Origin: a virus
Virus record (IMG/VR): IMGVR_UViG_3300003654_000069
Location: 1-64,000 of that record
Length of the DNA stretch: 64,000 nt
Reading direction: 5' to 3' (one strand)
Each line of letters begins with the position of its first letter. Within the stretch, counting starts at the first letter, position 1. Both the position numbers and the translations under genes were made by a program. The notes under the pieces were generated by a model, which did not search any database, was not told the DNA's origin, and was given only the letters and a program-made list of their open reading frames with translations. Positions 57,628-64,000 of this stretch are shown in pieces.

Positions 57628-58653
57628 TTATTTAATCCAGTCTTTTTCTACTTTCTCCATGAGCATATCAAGAATCTTGTCATTCAGAGGATTCTTGAAA
57701 AATTCAATTAATTCTGAACTGTTCCTTCCAAGCATCGTGTTACTCTGACTATGATATAACATTCCATCAGATTTGAGCATGATGTACTTGAAATAGGTTG
57801 AGTCCTTTATAAGAGCACGGATTTTTAATGTCTCCATGTCCAAATCACATGTAGTGATAAACTCTTGGGCTGCTCGCTTTGCATTTGTCTGAGATCCTTC
57901 TCCATTAATGAATTTATCAAGATTATCATAAATTACATCATTTGGAGTAGATTTTTTATACTGAACACTATTCGGATCAACAACCTTTGCTACATAGAAC
58001 ATCTTATTGGTATTCTTGTCAAAGAGTTTCTGAAGTTCTGATAAAGCCTTATTTCGAAGTTTTCTAGGCTCATTCTTTGTAATAGCTGTATCCTCATACT
58101 TATCTAAATAGAACTTAGGAGGAACAGGTGTTGACCTGGCAGTATCAAATGATTTTGCAACACTACTGAAACCCCCTGCCTCAATTGCATAGAGCTTTAT
58201 CAGATCATAAGGATCCTTCTCAATATCAAGAATCAAGGGTTGATTACTCAATCTAAGACGAATCTTTCCCCAAAAACTATGATTACCAGGATTAAGAAGT
58301 TTAACTTTTGACCAAAAATCCTCATCTGTAATCTTAATTACATTAGATCCCAGCTCTCTTTCAAGCTGAGCTACTATAGTACGGATCTGTTTAATCTTTG
58401 CAACTTTTTCATCTTCATCTGCAATAAGTTTAATTTCCGGTGCAAATTCATTAAGTCCAGTGACATATCTTACTACACCATTATTTTCAATACAAGCTAA
58501 ATCCTCTTCATGAAATACTCCATCAAAGAGAGCCAGGTTGTACTTCTCGAGTCCCATGTTAGATACATTAGGATCAAAATAAGGTCTGATTGCAATAGGT
58601 CCCTTTTTTAAGGCCTGATGCTTTTCAACGATTGTTACTGTTGCTGTTGTCAT
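57628..58653 (-). CDS. 341-aa hypothetical virion protein
   Basis: ORF preceded by an AAACCAA-repeat leader that is nearly identical to the one at 54268-54297. Confidence 0.75.
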   Translation of the reverse strand: MTTATVTIVEKHQALKKGPIAIRPYFDPNVSNMGLEKYNLALFDGVFHEEDLACIENNGVVRYVTGLNEFAPEIKLIADEDEKVAKIKQIRTIVAQLERELGSNVIKITDEDFWSKVKLLNPGNHSFWGKIRLRLSNQPLILDIEKDPYDLIKLYAIEAGGFSSVAKSFDTARSTPVPPKFYLDKYEDTAITKNEPRKLRNKALSELQKLFDKNTNKMFYVAKVVDPNSVQYKKSTPNDVIYDNLDKFINGEGSQTNAKRAAQEFITTCDLDMETLKIRALIKDSTYFKYIMLKSDGMLYHSQSNTMLGRNSSELIEFFKNPLNDKILDMLMEKVEKDWIK

Positions 58654-58683
58654 TGGTTTATTGGTTTGTTGGTTTATATTAAA

Positions 58684-59118
58684 TTAACTGAGGCGAATTA
58701 TTCGTACATCAGTAGCGCTTGCAATGTAAGCTCTATAAATAGATACTGTATTTGCTGCTGTAGTAGCTGTACCCTGAATAGTAACTCCAGTTCCTCCAGC
58801 AAGAGTAGTAATACCTGTTCCTAAATTCTCAATAGTAAAACTAGCTGATGAATTAGCAACACCTCCTATTGCTGCAATAATAGCAGATGCAGAAGGAGTT
58901 GTAATTGTTATATTACCTGCTGCTGTATCTTTTACTACACCATGGGCAAATTGCTCTCCTGTAAGAGTAGAAGTACCAGTAACAGTTATAGCACCTTTGG
59001 CTACACCGTTTACAGCATCTACTACTTTATTAAGATGGCCAAGCTTTGCAAGCTGTAGCTCACCATATGGAGGAACATTGAATTGTTGTTCTGGTAATTG
59101 AGATATCATGTGTTTCAT
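58684..59118 (-). CDS. 144-aa Gly/Thr/Ala-rich beta protein (decoration or fibre-like)
   Basis: ORF directly downstream of the capsid candidate. The composition is TGTSTLTG...GTGITTLAGGTGVTIQGTATT. Confidence 0.6.
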   Translation of the reverse strand: MKHMISQLPEQQFNVPPYGELQLAKLGHLNKVVDAVNGVAKGAITVTGTSTLTGEQFAHGVVKDTAAGNITITTPSASAIIAAIGGVANSSASFTIENLGTGITTLAGGTGVTIQGTATTAANTVSIYRAYIASATDVRIIRLS

Positions 59119-59149
59119 TTTATTTAGTTTTATATTGTTAGAGCTAACC

Positions 59150-59157
59150 CAAAGTTA
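59150..59157 (-). promoter_or_regulatory. candidate -7 box (TAACTTTG = TAnnTTTG)
   Basis: It lies in the 137-nt gap after the 541-aa gene, 31 nt upstream of the ATG at 59118. A GUGACC/GGUCAU hairpin (about 59223-59240) lies upstream. I found no clear -33. Confidence 0.3.
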
Positions 59158-59255
59158 TGAGCTTTGTTCAGGCTTATTACCTGGCCCGGACATCCGGTGA
59201 CTAGCTTATATTTTTAAGATAATGACCTTACGGGGTCACAATATCTCAAATTTAT

Positions 59256-60881
59256 TTAGAATGATCCTCCTGTAATCGGATTTCTCATTACTATTTTAAG
59301 AACCTTGGTAGGATCTTTTACCCAGATTGCAGGAAATGTCTGAGACATATATACCCTGTAACCATTGAATTGCCCTGAAGAGGAGAATCCTTGAGTACGA
59401 CCCATATAATCCATTGTTCCATTCTGATACCACCATTTCAATTGGTTATCCCAAGAAAGTTTCAAGAGATAAATATTGTCATTAGTGTTGTCAGTAATAT
59501 CAAAGATAATGAAATTATACGAAGAAAGAGGAAATCCATCAATAATCGGATTCTCAATGTCATTAGTATGAACATTATCGAATGCCGGATTGATAACAAA
59601 CTTTACGTTTGCCAAGAATGGAATTGTGTAACTAGTGAATGCAAAACCGTAATCAAGATCCAGGGCACTTCCTGAAACTGCTCCGATTCCACCATTACTA
59701 GATGCCTGAATAACCAGACCAGATCCACCTACTTCTTTCTTAATTGCTTCATTAATCAGTCTCATTCCACCCATACCAGTCTGAACAATCAGCTGACGTT
59801 TAGGATCTGGACCTTTGAACTCAACCTTTCCAAGATAGAAATTATAAATTTCTGAACGGAAAAGATCAAGATTAAAACCAACCTTATTATATACTCTTTT
59901 AAAAGCATTATCAAGTTGTCTCCAGAGTCCTACAGAAAGACGGATATCATCCGGACCATCCTGTTTTACTCTTCCACCATGTCCCCACATCAAGTAGGTT
60001 TCGATGTCAGAAGCAACTTTACTCAGGTGAGCAGCTTCCATTGTAGTTAAGAATGTACGTGAAAGTGAACCATTTTTCATAGCTCGCTTTACATAGTCCT
60101 TACCCATTGTGGATACCATGCTTTCAATTGAAGAAATTGAAGGATCTGTTGTTTTATCAAAGTTTCTCCAAATCTCAGTTACTGGTATAGTTCCATCAGC
60201 ATTTATTCCGCCTTTGATCATAAGATCAGCACGACTGGATACTGAATAATGTACGTGAGCTTCTGCACCTCCTACGAAGTTATAAAATTCACGGTAGCCA
60301 GATTTAGTAATGATGTCAGAGAATCTTTCTCCATACTCACCTCTAGCAGAACCTTTGCGGAACACTTTAGTTCCACAGCCCAAGTACTTACTATCAAGAA
60401 ACTTGAAACTATCATTATTCACAAGAGTAACAGTATACACGAAGCCATCTCCCATAGGAAGAATATCATCAGCAGTAATGTACATCTCAACACCGTTGTA
60501 CTTGTCATAAGTGATAATATCACCATGACCAAATTCACGTTTGTTGATTTTGATCTTGAAGGGAGAACCATCAATACCTTTTGTAAGGTTAGCTGGTTCA
60601 ATGTCTTCAATGATATAAGGAAGATCCTGTGAAATAGGAGTCTGCCATTTATACTCACCCTTTACGTTATCTACCATGATAACATTTTTGCCTCCAAAGG
60701 ATGACATTTGATAGAGAGGCATCTCTACCTTTTGAGACATTGCCCAGATGTCCACTGGTCCCAAATCCATGGGTTCTGCTGTTTTCAGCATGTTCATCAA
60801 GTGGTACGAATCCACATGAGAACTTGCATTGTAGTTGGTATCCCGCAGGAAAATACCATTGTTTAATACTGGAGTTGCCAT
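59256..60881 (-). CDS. 541-aa major capsid protein candidate (HK97-like)
   Basis: The gene order is portal, acidic scaffold-like protein, then this gene. A spine-helix-like segment followed by a Gly turn (LTTMEAAHLSKVASDIETYLMWGHGG) resembles HK97-family coat proteins. The leader is long and A/C-rich. Confidence 0.5.
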   Translation of the reverse strand: MATPVLNNGIFLRDTNYNASSHVDSYHLMNMLKTAEPMDLGPVDIWAMSQKVEMPLYQMSSFGGKNVIMVDNVKGEYKWQTPISQDLPYIIEDIEPANLTKGIDGSPFKIKINKREFGHGDIITYDKYNGVEMYITADDILPMGDGFVYTVTLVNNDSFKFLDSKYLGCGTKVFRKGSARGEYGERFSDIITKSGYREFYNFVGGAEAHVHYSVSSRADLMIKGGINADGTIPVTEIWRNFDKTTDPSISSIESMVSTMGKDYVKRAMKNGSLSRTFLTTMEAAHLSKVASDIETYLMWGHGGRVKQDGPDDIRLSVGLWRQLDNAFKRVYNKVGFNLDLFRSEIYNFYLGKVEFKGPDPKRQLIVQTGMGGMRLINEAIKKEVGGSGLVIQASSNGGIGAVSGSALDLDYGFAFTSYTIPFLANVKFVINPAFDNVHTNDIENPIIDGFPLSSYNFIIFDITDNTNDNIYLLKLSWDNQLKWWYQNGTMDYMGRTQGFSSSGQFNGYRVYMSQTFPAIWVKDPTKVLKIVMRNPITGGSF

Positions 60882-60932
60882 TGTTTTGTTGTTTTTAATT
60901 GTTATTGTTTATTGTTTATTGTTTGTTGTTTT

Positions 60933-62132
60933 CTATCTTTTGAAGAAATTGTTATTTCTTGGGATCCTTCTAGTACTAGCTTCATCCTTTTCAATTACAG
61001 GAGAATCAGTATCCCGATTCTGTTCTTCTGTTTTAAGTTGTCTTACTGTCTTTTCAATTGCTCCATTCTTACCTTGTTCCCGAAGTTTATTCTTGAATCC
61101 ATCAGGATCAGCAAGAAGCCATAGAGTTTCAGTAATCAATGAATGATTAGGTTCTACATACTGATATTTTTCCAGAAGATGTCCTAATAAGTTAGTAGGT
61201 CTTCCTGAAATTGAAGGATATCGTGGAGATACAAGTCCTTCATATAACATATTCTGAGTTTTTTTATCAAGCCTGACACCATTTAGAACACCTGGTTCAA
61301 GAGTACGGTAAATATTTTGCATATATGTATTAGAAGCATGTGCTTGCTGTTCTCTCATTTGCTCTTGTTTCGCAAGTTTCTGAGCGATAATAGTCTCTTG
61401 CATCATTTCCAATTTCGGTTTGTACTTAATAGCCTTATTTTGTAGTTCACTACGATCTTTCAAGCCAGTAATTTCTTCATCAATATCTTCTTCATTACCA
61501 TAATTAGTAGCACGAAGATAATTTCTAACAATTGTTTCATGATCAGTAGGATCCGCTACATCAAGATCCCGAATTTCTTCAGTTTGAGCAAGAGCTTGAA
61601 AAAGTCCCTTGATATCACGGCCACCATCAGCAATATATTTAGCTGCTACTTGCATTTCCTCTGGGAGTGACTGGAAAAACTCTACAGGAGTTTGCTGCCG
61701 AATCTTTTGCTCTCTTTCAGCCATATTAGCTTCTAGGAGCTCCTCATAATCTTTATCACTATAATCTTCAATTTTTTTATCATCATCAAAAGGTACGAGC
61801 TTACCAGCTTTAATAAATTTTTGAAAGAGGGCTGCTGTCTCAGTCTTTCCTTTCGCAAAGAGTTCTCCTGGCACTGTACTAAGAACTTCCGTAACCTCTG
61901 CATCTGTTGCCGCCGGCTTAGTTTGATCATTTTTAATTTCAGGTTTAACTGGAATTTCCTCAGTACTTTCCTCATTTACAAATTTCATATCCACCTTGCC
62001 GTTAGAGAATATGTTTGGTTTCTTTAAATCAGATGTTGCTGTAATGATGTTTTCAGCACCTGGTGTTCCCAGAATTTCATCCAGATCTAGTGTGACCTGG
62101 GAAACATTTGTTTCTGTTGTTGTTTTAGACAT
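60933..62132 (-). CDS. 399-aa acidic, helical scaffold-like protein
   Basis: The product is Glu/Asp/Lys-rich with long predicted helices. It lies between the portal and capsid candidates and is preceded by a promoter-like gap. Confidence 0.4.
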   Translation of the reverse strand: MSKTTTETNVSQVTLDLDEILGTPGAENIITATSDLKKPNIFSNGKVDMKFVNEESTEEIPVKPEIKNDQTKPAATDAEVTEVLSTVPGELFAKGKTETAALFQKFIKAGKLVPFDDDKKIEDYSDKDYEELLEANMAEREQKIRQQTPVEFFQSLPEEMQVAAKYIADGGRDIKGLFQALAQTEEIRDLDVADPTDHETIVRNYLRATNYGNEEDIDEEITGLKDRSELQNKAIKYKPKLEMMQETIIAQKLAKQEQMREQQAHASNTYMQNIYRTLEPGVLNGVRLDKKTQNMLYEGLVSPRYPSISGRPTNLLGHLLEKYQYVEPNHSLITETLWLLADPDGFKNKLREQGKNGAIEKTVRQLKTEEQNRDTDSPVIEKDEASTRRIPRNNNFFKR

Positions 62133-62171
62133 TATGTTTTGGTTTTTTGGTTTACAAACTTAAATCATATG

Positions 62172-62205
62172 CAAATTTATGCAATAAACCTCAGCGGTTT
62201 ACAAA
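62172..62205 (-). promoter_or_regulatory. candidate Bacteroidota-type promoter for the scaffold/capsid genes
   Basis: The minus strand reads TTTG (62202-62205), 22 nt, TAAATTTG (62172-62179), 39 nt, then the ATG at 62132. Confidence 0.4.
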
Positions 62206-62225
62206 AATTGTAAAAAAATCTGAGG
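62181..62225 (-). terminator. composite hairpin after the portal gene (attenuator or weak terminator)
   Basis: CCUCAG...UUUACAA-UUU-UUGUAAA...CUGAGG, followed by UUUAUU. This is a 6-bp outer stem and a 7-bp AT inner stem. Confidence 0.35.
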
Positions 62226-62237
62226 AGATAGCTATAC

Positions 62238-64000
62238 CTACTTCTTTTTCTTATTTAGTTTAGCTTTCTTCTGTGCATTTAACTCCATATTGGTTTTATT
62301 TTCTCTTGCAATTTTAAGATCATTCTGAGATTTTTCTCTAGCAACTTGTAGTTTTTCCCTTGTAAGTTGTTGCTTATCTTGATTCAGTCTTACCTTATTA
62401 TTCTCTTTTTCTCTCTCAAATCCCATAGTATCACTATACTCCTCTGTACCCTTGATATAATTAAGTGCATCAAGATAGTCACTCTGCTGATTGACATTTA
62501 TATCTTTCATTGCACCATATCCTGCAGCCTTAATCTGAGCTTCAACAATATCAGCCTGACGATCCTTATCATTCTCTGCAGCTTGGAATTCTCTAGCAGC
62601 TTGCGCTTCAGCTTGTTGAGCCTGTAATTGTTGTTCCTGCATTTGCTGCTGCTGTTGCATTTCTTGCTGTCTTTGCATATCTGCTCTTTCAACAGACTCT
62701 TTCATTACCTGTGTTACCTCTGCAATTGAGTCAGACTTGATTACACTACCAATATCAAAGATAGATGCACCTGTTGTATTATTAGTTATCATTAATTGTT
62801 TGAGTTTCTCAAGAATTGAACGGGAATTAGCCCTAGTAGTACAGAAAACATTAATATCACGAAGAAAAAGATCTTTACCATTAATTTCAAAATTAATCCT
62901 TTCTTCCATGTTTGTCATATACTGAAGTCTTGCTGAAGCCTTAGTAGAATTATAATATTGTGCAAGATCTGTTCTCATTTGATGCACTCTTGGCATAAGA
63001 TGATCACAGTGCTGAATAAAGTACATCTCTGTTTGGGCATATGAGTTAGTGACAGATACCTTAATACCTTCAGCTGTAGCTTGTTCAACAGCTGCGCCCA
63101 AACGCTGTGGAGTAATGCCAATTGTAGCAAAAGCCTCATTCTTAAAATAATTTGCTAACTGAATTCTTGACATAAGCCGGTTAGTCTGTTCTAAATTCAA
63201 AGTTTGGAAGTGCTGGAATGCCAGAGGATTTTCAGTATTTGTAATAGATGTATCCAATGGAAGCATCTGAAAGTTCTTCATTGCAACATATGCCTTGGCT
63301 AGATTATTCTTTCCCCAATCTTCCCCCAGAGAGTGCCGTGGGAGTGCATTCTGATCAAGCAGGATGATTGTTCCAAGCTCGTCTACTAGAATATCAGCAA
63401 TTTGATTATTAACAATATTATAGCCTATTTGGAAAGGCTTCATCATATCTACAAGAGAAGAAGATCGGGTATTTCTATCTGAAAATACAGCTCCTTCTAC
63501 AGGAAGTTTACATCCATAAAGTGAGTTATTTCCTTTAAATTGAAATTTCACAGGACCTATTTGGTTCTGATTTATTCCAAGATAGATCGGATTTATTTCA
63601 TTGGAATCGCCTCGAGTACCCCAAAAACCTGGAAGATTAGGTCCTATTTTGACTCCTCCCCATACATGATTAATATAGATCCAATCAATATGCTCACCAA
63701 AGAGCAGATTACTCTTATCCTTCTTCTTAAAGAGTGTAGTATCATAAACTGGTTTGTCTGTTACTCTATAGATTTCATCAATGATATCCTGAATTACATT
63801 ACCAGCTTCATCAATTTTGGTGAGATGCCCAACTCTTCTTTGTGATTTCCAATATGCTGTTGTTACTCTAAGCATATTACCCAATCCTTCATCAAAATAA
63901 TCATCACTCTCAGAAAGGATCATGTTTACAATATCTCCTCCGCCTTGAACATTGTCCCACATTGAGGTAAATTGTCTATAAGCTAAAGAAGGTCCTTTGG
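62238..64000 (-). CDS. portal protein candidate, 5'-truncated by the window edge
   Basis: The frame stays open from 63962 to nt 64000 (...KGPSLAYRQFTSMWDNV). It is at least 587 aa, sits upstream of the scaffold and capsid candidates, and has a Q-rich helical C-terminal tail (QRQQEMQQQQQMQEQQLQAQQAEAQ). Confidence 0.5.
   Translation of the reverse strand, partial: KGPSLAYRQFTSMWDNVQGGGDIVNMILSESDDYFDEGLGNMLRVTTAYWKSQRRVGHLTKIDEAGNVIQDIIDEIYRVTDKPVYDTTLFKKKDKSNLLFGEHIDWIYINHVWGGVKIGPNLPGFWGTRGDSNEINPIYLGINQNQIGPVKFQFKGNNSLYGCKLPVEGAVFSDRNTRSSSLVDMMKPFQIGYNIVNNQIADILVDELGTIILLDQNALPRHSLGEDWGKNNLAKAYVAMKNFQMLPLDTSITNTENPLAFQHFQTLNLEQTNRLMSRIQLANYFKNEAFATIGITPQRLGAAVEQATAEGIKVSVTNSYAQTEMYFIQHCDHLMPRVHQMRTDLAQYYNSTKASARLQYMTNMEERINFEINGKDLFLRDINVFCTTRANSRSILEKLKQLMITNNTTGASIFDIGSVIKSDSIAEVTQVMKESVERADMQRQQEMQQQQQMQEQQLQAQQAEAQAAREFQAAENDKDRQADIVEAQIKAAGYGAMKDINVNQQSDYLDALNYIKGTEEYSDTMGFEREKENNKVRLNQDKQQLTREKLQVAREKSQNDLKIARENKTNMELNAQKKAKLNKKKK

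Noticed and set aside
59119-59255. A possible small RNA or ORF in the 137-nt gap after the capsid candidate
   Set aside because: Only two short hairpins (6-bp and 4-5-bp stems) and a 12-codon ORF are present. The gap is better explained as a weak terminator or attenuator plus a -7 box for the next gene.
1017-64000. Stop-codon reassignment (TAG or TGA recoding), as reported for late genes of some crAss-like phages
   Set aside because: All long late genes, including the 12.1-kb ORF, are uninterrupted under the standard code. TAA, TAG and TGA are all used as terminal stops at sensible gene junctions.
1-64000. tRNA, rRNA, integrase, transposase, prophage attachment sites and terminal repeats
   Set aside because: Every gap is at most 172 nt and is accounted for above, so I saw no room for a cloverleaf-sized non-coding gene. 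I noticed no recombinase motifs in any ORF and no long direct or inverted repeats, but this was a by-eye scan only.

Overview
Nearly the whole window (nt 1017-64000) is one minus-strand array of tightly packed genes. Many junctions overlap as TAATG or ATGA. It reads as the late/virion module of a large AT-rich tailed phage of the crAss-like (Crassvirales-type) kind, probably with a Bacteroidota host. The host call rests on the lack of Shine-Dalgarno sites, A/C-rich leaders and TAnnTTTG -7 boxes in the few intergenic gaps.

Reading along the minus strand from right to left:
- a portal candidate, 5'-truncated by the window edge
- an acidic scaffold-like protein and an HK97-like capsid candidate
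- several small head or neck proteins
- a strikingly cysteine-rich fibre module (nt 49495-56640) with three collagen-like paralogues plus FN3 and Ig-like domains
- a 1704-aa structural protein
- three large Gly/Gln/Pro-rich ejection-type proteins; one carries PG-binding, CHAP/NlpC-like and SLT lytic transglycosylase motifs
- three giant ORFs of 2534, 4038 and 2078 aa, together about 26 kb

The 4038-aa ORF has a beta-prime-like R-x-P...DFDGD double-psi beta-barrel signature of the kind known from crAss-like virion RNA polymerases. Here it is fused to an HExxH zincin module, an apparently circularly permuted histidine phosphatase and a cpYpsA-type SLOG domain. The flanking giants carry PD-(D/E)xK nuclease, SLOG-like, ART-like and second HExxH signatures.

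Only nt 1-972 is coded on the plus strand: three small genes that converge on a terminator at 975-1018.

I saw no rRNA, tRNA, CRISPR array, integrase, transposase or reverse transcriptase. All functional calls come from motifs read by eye, since no searches were possible. Gene existence is much more certain than gene function.
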